From NCBI GenBank assembly GCA_964016885.1, contig OZ024742.1, forward strand, positions 155,868,001 through 155,932,000: a stretch of DNA of 64,000 bases. The letters run 5' to 3'. The DNA comes from Eledone cirrhosa. Lineage: Eukaryota. A program made the translations under genes and the position numbers. Position 1 is the first letter of the stretch. Each line of letters starts with the position of its first letter. Below the pieces are notes generated by a model. The model was not told where the DNA came from. It did not search any database and worked only from the letters and a program-made list of their open reading frames with translations. This document shows positions 1-14,187 of the stretch, in pieces.

Positions 1-1770
1 TGGGAGGGGTATTTTGTGTGGGGGTTGAGTGTTTGTGTGTGTGTGGTTGTGCGAGTGTTAGACAGAGGGGGAAGGGGAGGACAGAGTCCTTCAGGGTAAT
101 TTCTGGTGTGGTGTCTTTTGTGGTTTGTGATGGTTGGGTGAATGTTGATTGTTTGGGCGTTTCGTTATTTGTTTTCGGGTGTGTCTGTTATGGTTTGGGT
201 GTTGGGAGCAACGCTTTCTTTTGTTTTTCCACACCCAGCATTGGGCAAAATGCTTATAAATGCGTTTTTTTTCCACATTTGAAACATTATGGTTTTTTGC
301 TCTCCACTGCGAAGTGCACGGCATGGTTGTGTTCCACCGGCATCCTTTCCGGTATTTTTTCAATCCTCTCCGGTTTCATTTAGACCAAGAGTTCCATTGA
401 GCTCCCATTCCAGTTCTGTTGGATTGATTTTTTTGCAGAGAGGAGGTTGTCATCACCCTTTCTCCAAAAAACAACCCAGGATCCACCATATGTTGGTGTT
501 CGGTGGGATCTGGGAGATCCTTATTTTATGGGTTCTTCTTCCCATGTATGTTGGGAAGAATGTGTTGGCTCGTTCTAATTGGAGCCACCGAATATTTCTG
601 GGCGAGGGCCTCGCTTTTAATGAGCACCGAGAAGCTCCTGTACTGCTTGGCCCTCTGAAGGTAAGCAATGTACGGCATTGCCTCCTTTAGTGCGGTTCTA
701 CCCTCCTATGGCTTTAAGCAATAGGTTTCTGGGTTGTGAGCTGATAGTCTGGAAGAAAATTATTTCTCTAAAGGTCGCTGCCCTAATTTCCGGTGGGGTA
801 TTTATTCGAAAACAGTCGAAAGTTTTATGTTGCGCAGCGGCCTTTAGGTGCTGCGCTGGGTTTGACAGATCTATTTCTATACACTCTGTCCCTTTGGCAA
901 AGGTTTCTGCAAACGTTTTTTTTTTTCCGTGTGTTTGGTTGTTTTCGCTTGTGCTGGGGTTGTTGCTTTTGCTGTTCTTGTTACTGTTATTGTCTTCGTT
1001 GTTTTGGGGGTTGTTTTTATTTGTTTGTGTTGCCATGGCCCAATTTGGCATGACGTCTGAGTTGTCCAGCTGTTTCTGTTAAGGCGAAGGAGTGTCTCCT
1101 CTTTGTGCTGGGATTGTTGAATTTGCCTTGTAACTGACTACTATTATTGAAGGGAAGTGCTGCTGTGGTAGTAAGTAAGCAGTCCCTTTTTCCATTTTCT
1201 TCTTTTGGCCAGAAAATTCTTTTCTTTTCGACCGAACTTTCAGGATTGGCGAAAGTGGCGGTAGTAGAGGAAATAATTGTTTCTACTTTAGGCAAAAGGC
1301 CAGTAATTATCCAGTGTATTACTGGTACTTTATTTTAGCGACCCCGTAAGGATGAAAGGTAAAGTCAACCTCGGCGGCATTTGGACTCAGATTGTAAAGG
1401 GACGTAACTATGCTGGAAAATACTGTGTCCGACTCTCTACCGATACTGCCAATCTACCGCCTTGCCAATCCCTTAGCCGTGCCGGTAGTAGATGAAATAA
1501 TGTCTTCTTTTACGCTCCCCTTTCCAAGAACGTTCTCTGCGTTTAAAGAAGGCAGCATTTTTGATGCCATTTTTAAATTTTCACAAATAGTATCTTTTTC
1601 AATTTTGAGAGTGGAAATTAAATTTTCCCCCTAAGGGCTTGAAACTTAGAAAAACCAACCCCCTGGAGTCTCAGGGTGTTGGTTTATCTTTAAAACAATG
1701 TAATACAATTTACAAAAATCAGAAAGTTTACCAGAAAGTTTAAACAAATACTCACCTGCGAGTCGTCACT
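1..1770 (-). pseudogene. Degenerate non-LTR retrotransposon ORF1 (Tx1/L1-like gag-type), interrupted by a SINE
   Basis: Minus strand 245-286 reads CFKCGKKTHL*AFC (CX2CX4HX4C zinc knuckle), preceded by VHFAVESKKP. Fragmented minus ORFs at 453-668, 698-1051 and 1017-1295. Boundaries approximate. Confidence 0.6.
1272..1483 (-). mobile_element. tRNA-derived SINE (octopod type) with TSD
   Basis: A-box-like TGGCAGTATCGG and B-box-like GAGTYCAAAT on minus, central CTTTCATCCTTACGGGGTCG domain, (ATT)n tail. TSD ggtagtagaKgaaataat at 1260-1277 and 1484-1501. Confidence 0.85.
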
Positions 1771-1789
1771 CGTCTACCCATGTGGGGAG

Positions 1790-2082
1790 ATAGATAGGTA
1801 CGCCCCACATCCTTCCACCACTTGTTTTACTTCATGTTTATTTTTATTTTGTTTATGCTTTTATATTTAATTCAATATGTACCGTTTCCTCTCACCCTCT
1901 TTTTTCTATATGTCTCTCCACCACACTCCTACACACCCTTGGAACTCTCTTCCCACACACTTTTCACCTGAAGAAGAGCTTATGCCCGAAACGTCGTTCC
2001 TCACAACCACCCCACTCTCAAGAGCATGAAACTAATAAACTTTGTTCGTACTGCTTCTCTGCTTTGTTCCCGTTCAATTTTT

Positions 2083-2086
<4 letters not shown>
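1790..2086 (+). mobile_element. Solo pseudo-LTR / 3' end of a Neptune-type PLE with HHR-like motif at 1965-1998
   Basis: Reverse complement of 27140-27430. Contains CTGAAGA-A-GAGC-TTAT-GCCC-GAAAC-GTC and ends in (TA)n. Confidence 0.8.
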
Positions 2087-2130
<44 letters not shown>

Positions 2131-2306
2131 AATTTATATCTAGTGACATTTATATACACACAGATGCATATCAATGCTAGCAAATATATAGGTTTTGTTT
2201 TATTAACATTGTGGTTCAATGCATGGGGTTGCAGAACAATAATATGAGAGACGTAAAATAAGAAAATTATTAAATTAACTTACTTACTAAAAAAAATTAA
2301 CTTACT

Positions 2307-2990
<684 letters not shown>

Positions 2991-3399
2991 ACATGTTATA
3001 AGAAGGAATAATAGACACAATATACCTATTTTTTCTTCGTCCCGACTCTACAGTTTCGCTGGTCACTATGCACAATGTTATATCATAGATATACAACATT
3101 GTTGTGAGGTAAGCCAGCTTATCAAGGGAGCCCCTCAGGGAAGAGCCCTAACTACATACGCCCGTAGCAAGCGAGAACATCTCAGAAAGGCGGAGGGAGA
3201 CTCTATCACGTGATACACTGGTCAAGAAAGGGGAATTAATCCCTTGTAGCAGTGAAAACTATCTCAGAAGGCGGAGGGGATATTGATATGATACAGAGGC
3301 TACAGAGGGGTTGTAAGTTTGACTACAAATGTATATAGTGTTTGCTTGAAAGCAGTCACTATACTTCCGTAGTTACTCTGCCGTGAGGGAGTAAGAGAC

Positions 3400-3586
3400 A
3401 ATAATTGTTTCTACTTTAGGCACAAGGCCAGCAAATACCCATTGTATTACTGCTACTTTATTTTATCGACCCCGTAAGGATGAAAGGCAAAGTCAACCTC
3501 GGCGGGATTTGAACTCAGATCGTAAAGGGACGTAACTATGCTGGAAAGCATTGCGTCCGACACTCTACCGATACTGCCAATCCACC
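3400..3586 (-). mobile_element. tRNA-derived SINE, full length, with TSD
   Basis: Same family as 1272. TSD gagacaataat at 3395-3405 and 3587-3597. Confidence 0.9.
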
Positions 3587-3723
3587 GAGACAATAATGAG
3601 AGATATACAGATATATGCGCATACATACATATACATGTATATATAAACATATATTTTTCACAAGTATGTGAGATTGTATGTTGTCAACCTTAACCAGTAT
3701 TACTCTATGTTTATGAGAGACAA

Positions 3724-3815
<92 letters not shown>

Positions 3816-4688
3816 GGGTGGGAGAGAGAGAAAAATGCTTGCGCGAGTGTGTCCATATATTAAGTGAGAACGTTGCTTATTTAATACTTTTCAATTTTAT
3901 ATACCATCTACTGTGATTTCCTATTTTACATCTTGCATTTAAATTAATTTTGCCAAATTTTTCTTTTTGTATTACGAAATAATTTTTGGATCGTTTTGTT
4001 TAAAAGTTTCTAACTCTCGTTTTTCTCCTTTTCTTGAAGCCTATATAATGATAATTAACGAACTGTATTTATTTTTTTTTTTATTGTATTAATATTTTCA
4101 CTACTTTCATAATTGCACGAGAAATCCGATAGAATAAAAAAAAATTTTATTAAAAGATATTTGAAAATAAAACTATCTATAATCCATCGATCTTTTTTGT
4201 TACTTTTTAATACTTTCCCGTACATTAATGACATTTCGCCAACATTACCTACTCCTATAGCATAACATCGTTTCGATAAAATATCAATTATGTTATGATA
4301 CTCATTGCGCAAAATCAGTCAGACTATAGATATTTAGTGTTCAACTTCAATATATTTCGTATACCTGGCAATATGTATTCATAATTTAAGATACTTTAAC
4401 TATTTAAATTCATACCTACACATCTTTAATAGAAACATTTTGATGATAATTGCATTTAATATAACTGTATGCAGCAGAAAATTATTTATTTACATTTGGG
4501 TAGACAGTGGTATGAGAATATATACGGAGAAATGATTTATTCTATCTATTAATATGAAATGGATGAATAAAATGGTGGATACTTCCATATATCTGAAAAA
4601 TACGGGAATACTATTATTAGATTACAGTAATATTACCCTTTTTTCGATAATGGGCATCGTGTTCATGAAATATGTATATTCTTAAACG

Positions 4689-4720
<32 letters not shown>

Positions 4721-4945
4721 TTATACATATATATATATATATACTTATACATATATATATATATATATACTTATACATATATAGATATATAATCTTTAAA
4801 AAATAGAAACAATTTTTATAAATATTATTTTCTTTAAATGAAATAGCTTTCCTGATAGATTGTTTCAGTTTACATCGGATAAGGAGAATATAACATTAGC
4901 CATGTGCATTGTCGCATATTTTCTTATATTACATGTTGGTGATGT

Positions 4946-5158
4946 GTGGTAATGTCTACTTCAGTGGAGACTTCTGGTGTCCTCGGCCCCATGGTTACCG
5001 CCCTACTCACCAACATAGGCGCTGAGCTGGCCAGCCGCAGGTGTGAGCCCCGCGAGTTGGACTGGCTTTTCCAGCGCGTCTCACTTGCCATCCTCCGCTC
5101 AAACGCCTCCTCCACCCTGTCCGCCGGGGCTGTGTGTATGTGTGTGGGCATCGCGTAA
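4946..5158 (+). pseudogene. 3' remnant of a CRE-like (restriction-like endonuclease) non-LTR retrotransposon
   Basis: VETSGVLGP...EPRELDWLFQRVSLAILRSNA matches the ETxG...FQRLSIAIQRGNA C-terminus of CRE-type elements. Confidence 0.7.
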
Positions 5159-6051
5159 CATTCCATATTTAGGTATCCGAAACATAAAACCTGTTTATTT
5201 ATTATACAGAGAAATATATACTGCTTCTCCCTTCGAAGCCGTTCAAACTGAATGGTTTATATTTCAAAAAATTATTCAGCTAGGACGAATGATAAACCTA
5301 AGAATGATTGTGAATCGCACCAGAGTGGACATAACCGATACAATTAGGATCTACATTTGAGCCCGGCAACTACAATTCTTTCCTTCAAAAATTGTCAGTT
5401 AAAAATCAATATGGTTTTATTTCCGACATAGGAATTTCTGATACGTTTACGAAGGTCTGGTAAACATTTCATAGGCTGCAAGTTTCATAGGCTAAAATAT
5501 CTATAAGCTGATCATGATACACACATGGAATGACAAAATGAGGTTTATTTTTCCACACACTCTCTGGAAAGAAACAATACAGTTATTCATGGGAGCTGAA
5601 ATTAATGCTAGTAAGATTTCACTGCTCTAACTTGATTCCTTCATAGCCACCCTATAAAATCTTCCACCCACCGTCGTAGAGGTTGAAATAAATGTGTTTC
5701 ATATCAAATCTTTTAGCAGGTTACGAATTATGTAAATGAAGTAAAATTATTTCAACTAGGAAAGGAATGCAAGTCAAATACATAGCTCATTCGAGAACTC
5801 AAGGATGTTTCTACAGCGGATTCGTTAGTCACCGTCTTAGAAATGTAAGACATGAAAGCCTCAGACAAAATAACGTGCTGTGTTTATTCTAACTGTTTAT
5901 GTTTTTGTTTAAATCCTTTCAAGGTTAACTTTGCAATTCATCCTCCGTGGACCGATGATAATATATTGACAGTAAAATGCGGGGGTCAATATAATCGATT
6001 TACTTCCCACCTGATAACTGATCTTAAACCAAAATTGGAAGCAATTATCAT

Positions 6052-6120
6052 TAGGAGCAATAGTAGTATTAACAATAGCAGCAGGATCTATAGTAGTATT
6101 AACAATAGCAGCAGGATCTA

Positions 6121-6162
<42 letters not shown>

Positions 6163-6180
6163 GATCAGCTGCAACAGTAA

Positions 6181-6237
<57 letters not shown>

Positions 6238-6434
6238 GAGGAGGAGGAGGAGGAGGAGGGGGATGAGGAGGAGGGGGAGGAGGAGCAGCTGCAGCAGTAA
6301 TAGTAGTAGTAATAGTAGTAGTAGTAGTAGTAGTAGTAGTAGCAGTAGCAGTAGCAGCAGTAGTAGTAGCAGCGGCAGTAGTATTAGTAGTAGTAGTAGG
6401 AGGAGGAGGAGGAGGAGGAAGAGGGGGAAACAGT

Positions 6435-6495
<61 letters not shown>

Positions 6496-6499
6496 CAGC
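6052..6499. repeat. Compound (AGT)n/(AGG)n/(AGC)n trinucleotide microsatellite
   Basis: Direct reading. Includes a 30-bp tandem duplication atagtagtattaacaatagcagcaggatct. Confidence 0.95.
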
Positions 6500-7323
6500 T
6501 ACAATATGTTTGTTTTCAGTTATCGCTTCTCTCGTTACGTTAATAACTTACTGTTAAAAATTCGTTCCTTTAACGAGATCTTGTTAATAATTTTACTTGA
6601 TGTTGATTAAGTAAGCCATATCTAAAAATTAAAACAACTGGCGTCGTTTGGTTAATTACTCTTCCGCTTAAAATTTCTAAATGTTTTAATATTTACTTTT
6701 TGCAAATATTAAACGTTAAAAAATGGCTTGAGGAAATTAATAGCTGTTCCAATAAGGACCAAAAATCCCAACGACATGAACGATAACGGCAACGATAAAA
6801 AAAGAATTACGTAACCAGGTGGCTTATATGCCCTGCCACATAAATATTATCCTGAAATAGAAGAGCTAATTTGAATGTTATTAGCTTTCATCTTGGTATA
6901 TACGATATATTCCATCGTGGGCTAAGGAGTCAAAGTATATGGTACATCGATATGAATATATATGCAGTATAGAGATGTCCGAGACTGCTTAATTGTGTAA
7001 ATAATTTTACAAAGTTTAGTTACAAATATGTAAATATATTAAATATACGTATTTCCCTGTAAATTGAAAAATAGAATTGATACATACCTCTACTTGATTT
7101 TCGAAAGTATTTGATTTCTCGTGTGAAGTCACGAATATCATCAAGACAACCATGAAGAAATACGTTTTCAAAGGGAATATGCACCATAAGACATAGCATT
7201 ATCACATAACCTCTATATATATATCCGTATATATCGGTATATGTATGTATGATTCCGTGTACGTGTGTGTGTGTATGTGTGTGAGTATATATGTGTATAT
7301 ATATGTGTGTATATATGTATAAT

Positions 7324-7363
<40 letters not shown>

Positions 7364-7742
7364 TATTGTATATTATATTACATTGTATATTTTTTTATGT
7401 TACGATAATTTACTGTTATTATACTGTTTTTATTGCATAATGTATGTTTAACTGTTCACTTACAGGTGTGTTTATATATGTATATGTGGTCGCACTTTTG
7501 TGTGTGTAGGTAGATATGTATGCGTGCAGGTGTATGCATGTGGCAACTCGTATGCGTATGCATGTGTAGATGTATGTATATCGCCATATGCGTAGGCATT
7601 AGTATGTATATGTGTGATGTGCGTACGCATGTTAAATTGTCCCTTTTCTTTTGTGTGTATATATGTATAGATATATTTATATATATAAATATATTATGAA
7701 AATAAAACAAAGAAGCCTTCAATACATGAAAAGTCTTTATTA

Positions 7743-7780
7743 GCCAACAATGTCTCGTCCTATTAAGGACTCATCAGGGC
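7743..7780 (-). ncRNA. Type I hammerhead, core mutated (GAGAC)
   Basis: Inverted copy of 11446-11483 with GAAAC changed to GAGAC. Confidence 0.75.
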
Positions 7781-8129
7781 AATCAAAATCACAAGCACTA
7801 TCGGCCAATACAAGCCGAAAACTCCGAAGAATATGGAGTGTACATACACTAAAGTATTGGAAGATTATGGGTAAAAATATATAATAAAAATCACTAAGGA
7901 GGTGGATAACAGTTTGAACCATATTACAAATATAGTCCAAAGCAAAAAACTAGAGCTAAACAAAGGTGGTTATATAGAGCGGGAATTATAGTACTATATG
8001 TAATACAATATAATACAATATAATATACTTGTAACAATATTAAAATTAAAATTAAAATTAAAAGGCACAATATACATATGTATATATATACGCACACGTA
8101 CGCACATATACATATACATCAATACACAT

Positions 8130-9534
8130 GTTAGTCCCAATTCTAACCACCCCAAATCTATGATAAGCTCTATAATTAAGGGTGTATCTAATAGGATTTC
8201 CACACTCTCTAAGGACGTAGGAACATTTAATGAACATGCGGAGTACTATAATAATGCCCTAGCTAATTCCGGTTACTCTAGTAAAATACACTATAATAAT
8301 AGTAACCTTAGAAAGTCTCCGCTTACTTAGAATAATAATAACATAATATCCCATAACATGGCCATGAATGGGAGTAGGAAGCATAATAATCGTAGTAATT
8401 ACATAGGTGTATCTGAACCCATCCATAAGTTAACCCACCGGACTCGTAATAGGGAATATAATACCTCTAGGAATCAAGTCGAACCCTCTGAGCGCTCACT
8501 CATTGGTGATAATTTTGCTAGATCTAATTCTAATAATGTTGTTTCTACTGATCCTATTATTGGCCCTAATCCTTTTGATAGGATTCCAGACAGCAGCAGA
8601 TCTACTAGAGGTAGAAACAGAAAGAGACTTAATGGAATTTCGGCTGATTCTAATAATGCGGTTTTAACTAATCCTTGTAGTAACCCTAGTCTTAATAATG
8701 GGATATTGGATAATGGTAGAGTCGGAAAGGATAAACATAGAAGGAGACTAAATACTTATTTTAACCCGCCATATAATCAGGAAGTATTAACTAATATCCC
8801 TAGGTCTTTCTTTTCTATCTTAAAGAAAAAATGTCCCCCCTTCTCATAAATACCATAGTATTTTTAATAAAAATGTTATTAAACTTTCATTCTCTACCAC
8901 CCCTAATATTAGTTCTCATTTAGCTAGCACTAACAATAGGAAAATTAGGGATGGATACTCCTCTCTACATACTACTAGTCTGAACAGATCTACAAATGCC
9001 TTACCACCGGAGCAGACCTTATCTAATAGTAATCCTACGTGTAATGCATCACTACTTCAGCCAATCAATACCACCCGGAAGTGTAACTGTAGAGTGAGTG
9101 CTAACTGCCCTTTAAACGGTAATTGCCTCTCTAAGAACATCGTTTATGCTTGCGTAGTTATAACTAATTCCTCTAATAGAACTTATATAGGCTCTACATC
9201 TAACACTTTTAAGACCAGGTTTAATTCTCATATCTCTAATTTCAAACATGTTAAGTTTAAGAATTCTACTTCTTTAGCACACTATATTTGGGATCTTAAG
9301 GGGGCTAATATACCATATAGCCTTAATTACCGTTTAGTAGCACGCTCTAATAACCTTTCTACACATACTAAATTTTGTAATCTCTGTATCCTCGAGACAC
9401 ACTCTATAATTTTCTCTAGTGAATCCTTACTTAATAGAAAGTCTGAGATATTCTCTTCTTGCCCCCACGCTATTTCTAATTCTTACATTTATTATAAACC
9501 TAAAGGTTCTAGGAGTGTAAATTGTATCCATTAG
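8130..9534 (+). pseudogene. PLE RT thumb + linker + GIY-YIG endonuclease (frameshifted)
   Basis: SNHPKS...NRISTLS, YFNPPY, KCNCRVSANCPLNGNCL, IVY...TYIGSTSNTFKTRFNSH, CNLCILE, CPH. Confidence 0.9.
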
Positions 9535-9641
9535 CTGATATATTCCATTACTTATTTTTTTAGTTTAGGTTCTTTTTGTTTACCACCATTATTATCATCA
9601 TTATTGGCGGTGAAATACCACCATTATTATCATCATTATTG

Positions 9642-9830
9642 GCGGTGAATTGGCAGTATGGGTAGAGGGTCGGACGCCATGCTTTCTAGCATAGTTACGT
9701 CTCTTTACAGTCTGAGTTCAAATCCCGCCGAGGTTAACTTTGCCTTTCATCCTTACGGGGTCGATAAAATAAAGTACCAGTAATGTACTGGTTAATTGCT
9801 GGCCTTGTACCTAAAGTAGAAACAATTATT
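9642..9830 (+). mobile_element. tRNA-derived SINE inserted in the PLE 3' UTR
   Basis: TGGCAGTATGGG A box and GAGTTCAAATCC B box. A 34-bp 5' duplication at 9581-9614/9616-9649, and attattatcat occurs on both sides. Confidence 0.9.
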
Positions 9831-11445
9831 ATCATTGGTTTTTGACAACTTTTTATTCTAGCTCTCATAATCTTTTGGCTACTATACCATATCTATCTTC
9901 TTACACATTAAATTTTCACTATTAACACTTATGAGTATATATCTGATTATATATTTTATATTATTTTATTTCATTTTATTTTATTTTATTTGGATTCTTC
10001 TTTGGATACTCCCCCCCCCCCCCCCATGCACACATAAGCTTATTGCTAACCCCTTCAAATATATTATGATTATATTTAATCCCCCCTTTTTTTATGTTCC
10101 TTTCTATTATATAATACAGTATATTGATTATGATTTTATGCTCCTTTGTATCCTACATACATTTCTTTTTTTCTGTCCCTATTAGCCTACCATAAATCTG
10201 CTTAAGTCAGTTTTTTAGATATCGTTATGTAAATGATAGTAGAATATTTCATTCCTTTCTATATATATTTATAGTGAAATATTAATGTTTACGGATTTTG
10301 ATCACTTAAACCATAGCTAATATTGTATTGCCTTATTAGGTATTTTCAATATTTTCAATATTAATTTATCAAATAGGGTTTTCTAGTCATTTATCCGGGT
10401 TGTTTCCTAGGTTTTTACTTAACTGCATGTGAGACCTAAGTAAATACTTTTGTTTTTGTTTTTTGATATCCGGTCGATGTTATGTATTTATTTATTAATA
10501 CTACTGTGCATAGTATTTTCTGTCTGGTCCTTATTCACTCATTCACATATGTGTCTGTTTACCAACCTTGTAATTATAAGTAATTATATATTATATTATG
10601 TTCATTATTTTATATTGAAGTTGTTATTCAACTCGTTGTAAATGTAATATTGATCTTTGTTACTTACCGATGATTTTATGTACCATTATGATATGTTAAA
10701 TTTTATATATCATGTAAGATGTTTATATATTTTTGTACCATCATAATTTTGCGTATTGTACAATTTTTTTTTTCTCACCTGCTCTCTAACACTATATGAA
10801 TTGATTTGTTAATTTACATGCCATTATATATTATATATTATTATATTATTATTATAGTGTTATTGTGACATCTATATTGTTTGTGTAAATTAACCGGAGA
10901 TTATCTATTATATTATATTATATATTATATAATTATATAGTTTATTAGTTATTATATGTGTTACTTTTAATCATTTCATTACTTCATGTTATACTGTATA
11001 TTAGATATACGTATTATTTTTATTTTTATTCCTATTATGCTTATTTATATTTAAACTCTTAATAAGGTTTAATTTGTGCTGTTAATGATGGAAATGTGTA
11101 TTGATGTATATGTATATGTGCGTACGTGTGCGTATATATATACATATGTATATTGTGCCTTTTAATTTTAATTTTAATTTTAATATTGTTACAAGTATAT
11201 TATGTTATATTATATTGTATTACATATAGTACTATAATTTCCGCTCTATATAACCACCTTTGTTTAGCTCTAGTTTTTTGCTTTGGACTATATTTGTAAT
11301 ATGGTTCAAAATGTTATCCACCTCCTTAGTGATTTTTATTATATATTTTTACCCATAATCTTCCAATAATTTAGTGTATGTACACTCCATATTCTTCGGA
11401 GTTTTCGGCTTGTATTGGCCGATAGTTCTTCTTGTGGTTTTGATT

Positions 11446-11483
11446 GCCCTGATGAGTCCTTAATAGGACGAAACATTGTTGGC
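11446..11483 (+). ncRNA. Minimal type I hammerhead ribozyme
   Basis: GCC-CTGATGA-GTCC(TTAATA)GGAC-GAA-ACATTGT-T-GGC, near-palindromic short helix III, AATAAA at 11485. Confidence 0.85.
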
Positions 11484-11772
11484 TAATAAAGTCTTTTGAT
11501 GTATTGAAGGCTTCTTTGTTATATTTTCATAATTCTTCGGCTCTGTTTAATTCCATTGAGCTATACCTTTTACTGTCATTTCTATAATACGAAGAAGGTG
11601 TTTAACTCCAACACGCTCCAGTATTTTAATCCTTATATATAAATATATATATATATGTGTGGTTGTGTGTGTACGTGTGTAAGAAATGTTTATGTACGTA
11701 TGTGTATTCGTATGTATATGTGGACATGGGTGAGTATACATTTATATATATACGCGTGTGTATGTATGTATG

Positions 11773-11845
<73 letters not shown>

Positions 11846-11992
11846 ATACTTTGTGAGGGTCATGTTGCCAATACGAAACACACGCACCAGTTGTTTCACT
11901 TCAATTTATTATAATAAATTTATAATAAATTTATAAATTTATAAATTTCTGGTTGGTTGGTTGGTTCCACAACCAGATAGTTGTTTATATAT

Positions 11993-12037
11993 AGTCATAG
12001 TTCTTTCGTCACCCACTCTGTGACCTCTTCAGTGACT
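11993..12037 (-). ncRNA. Type I hammerhead ribozyme
   Basis: AGTCA-CTGAAGA-G-GTCAC(AGAGTGG)GTGAC-GAA-AG(AA)CT-A-TGACT with a perfect 5-bp helix I. Confidence 0.8.
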
Positions 12038-12475
12038 GGGGATACCTTTCTTTGTTTCTGTGCCTCTCCTTTGTTCTGTCCTACGCCATTTTGTTTCTGT
12101 GTGTGTGTTGTGTGCTCAGTCTGCGCATGCGCCACATCCGGGTGTCTGTGTGTGTTTATGTTCATTTATTTATTTTTTTATTTACATGTTACTGGTTGGT
12201 TGTTTGTTCTATGTGTGTGTGTGTTTTCATTTTGTCCTTAATTGTAAGTTGTGATGTTGCTGTTCCACTCATGTTGCTAGACAAGCTAGGTAATTATTAC
12301 TATAGGTAAGCTTAAGTAGGAGTCCCAGCTCTAGAGAGACATATACAACACTTCATCCACCGTATGTGCCCTACAAGACAAGCTAGGTAATTATTACTAT
12401 AGGTAAGCTTAAGTAGGAGTCCCAGCTCACTGGTATCAATCCCACGGAACTCAACCTTGCTCTCACTGATCATTT

Positions 12476-12780
12476 CTACGCATTTCTCCACAGCAAATCC
12501 ACGTCAATAGATGGACACAGGGACACAACATCCATACTGCCTATTATGCAGTTTGTTAGGTCTCCAGATCGGTTACTCACGCCGATTCTGCTGAGGAGGT
12601 CGACCGTGCTCTCACATACATCTGGGGACATTTTAATGATGGGGCGTATGATCAGGGAGAGGAAGTGGGACAGTCTGTAGTTACTAGCAAGGTTAGCTCC
12701 ACAGACTGGTCGTGTTGGTGGTCCCGCAACAGGGTCACAGCCCGTTTTATGGTCTTTTCGAAGCCCATACACGCCGGCAC
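12476..12780 (-). pseudogene. PLE-like RT fragment, motifs 1, 2 and A
   Basis: YGLRKDHK...GPPTRPVCG...IIGSMDVVSLCPSID. Confidence 0.75.
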
Positions 12781-12994
12781 GTTATTGTTCCAAAGGAAAA
12801 TGAAAACACACACACACATAGAACAAACAACCAACCAGTAACATGTAAATAAAATAATAAATAAATGAACATAAACACACACAGACACCCGGACGTGGTG
12901 CATGCGCAGACTGAGCACACAACACACACACACAGACAGAAAATGGCGTAGGACAGAACAAAGGAGAGGCACAGAAACAAAGAAAGGAATCCCC

Positions 12995-13039
12995 AGTCAC
13001 TGAAGAGGTCACAGAGTGTGTGACGAAATAACTATGACT
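12995..13039 (+). ncRNA. Type I hammerhead, helix III mutated
   Basis: Inverted copy, with GAAATAACTA instead of GAAAGAACTA. Confidence 0.7.
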
Positions 13040-13246
13040 ATATATAAACAACTATCTGGTTGTGGAACCAACCAACCAGAAATTTATAAATTTATAAATT
13101 TATTATAAATTTATTATAATAAATTGAAGTGAAACAACTGGTGCGTGTGTTTCGTATTGGCAACATGACCCTCCCAAAGTATAACAATATCGGTTTCAAC
13201 ACACGATTTCAGATAAAGAATCTTGCTAAACAAATTCAGAAACGAA

Positions 13247-13280
<34 letters not shown>

Positions 13281-14153
13281 TATATGTGTGTGTATACACA
13301 TGTGTGTATGCATGTATGTGTATGTATGTGTGTATGTATATATGTGTGTGTATGAGTGTGTATATATATATATTTAAATTTATAGAAGGTTGGGCGTATG
13401 TGTATGTGAGCGCGTATGTATGTATATATGTGTACATTTGGGTAGGATATGCTTATCCTAATTGATACAGATCATAAAGTAAACAACCGTCAGAAGGTTG
13501 TGACAATATGTATCAACATGTGGGTGTCACTGGGGCCCTGGAAGTGAGGGAGAGAGGGTGTGTGAGTATATATACTGCGATGTATGTGTGTGGGGATGTG
13601 TGTGACTGCGCATGTAGACGTACGAGTGTGAATGCATTGATAGGTATGTGTCTGCATGTATGTGTGTTTTTATGTGTGTATTCTAGTATGCTTACTCTGA
13701 AGTGTGAGCAGACGTGTGAAGTATTTAACCCAGCATGATTCCATTGAAATGTGTCGGACGGAAAATGGTTGATGAACCGTGTGGCAGCAGATACTGACCA
13801 GAACTTGTGATGACGTGGAGTAAAAACAGCCAATGGCATGACAAGAGTGGATATAGGTTTTATATAAGGTGTTTTTTTATGATAATACCCCAGTGATAAA
13901 ATTTGTTCCGGACTTAACACCCGTGTCTGAAAGAACCCACAGAAGTAGAATCAGCCAGATCCATACAAGGACCCTGATTCGAGCTACATGGCGGCGAAAC
14001 ATTTGTAACACGAAATAAACTCCAGATGCAATAAAGTCCAGATGCATCACTGATTTTTCGTTTTCTTCATATCTACACTCCACTCTGAAGAATATCGAGT
14101 GATAATTTTGGCACACCGCCTATGGAAGCACCATAGCTACCACTATACACAAT

Positions 14154-14187
<34 letters not shown>

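Larger units (their letters stand above)
7693..11533 (+). mobile_element. 5'-truncated Hydra-type PLE with 3' pLTR (11094-11533) and inverted pLTR (7693-8129)
   Basis: The two arms of about 440 bp are reverse complements. RT-thumb/GIY-YIG coding lies between them, and each arm holds an HHR. Confidence 0.9.
11838..13190 (-). mobile_element. Internally deleted PLE with inverted pLTRs (about 11838-12231 and 12795-13190)
   Basis: Arms are reverse complements ending in ...ATGACCCTCMCAAAGTATAACAATA. RT fragment in between, plus a 53-bp direct repeat at 12280/12376. Confidence 0.8.

Noticed and set aside
5852-6610. 252-aa Ser/Arg-rich ORF
   Set aside because: It is a trinucleotide microsatellite with no domain, and its 5' part overlaps a decayed SINE fragment at about 5920-5960.
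14084-14110. Isolated CTGANGA hits (also 14830, 22733, 25035, 39753, 48522)
   Set aside because: No helix II plus GAAA; expected by chance.
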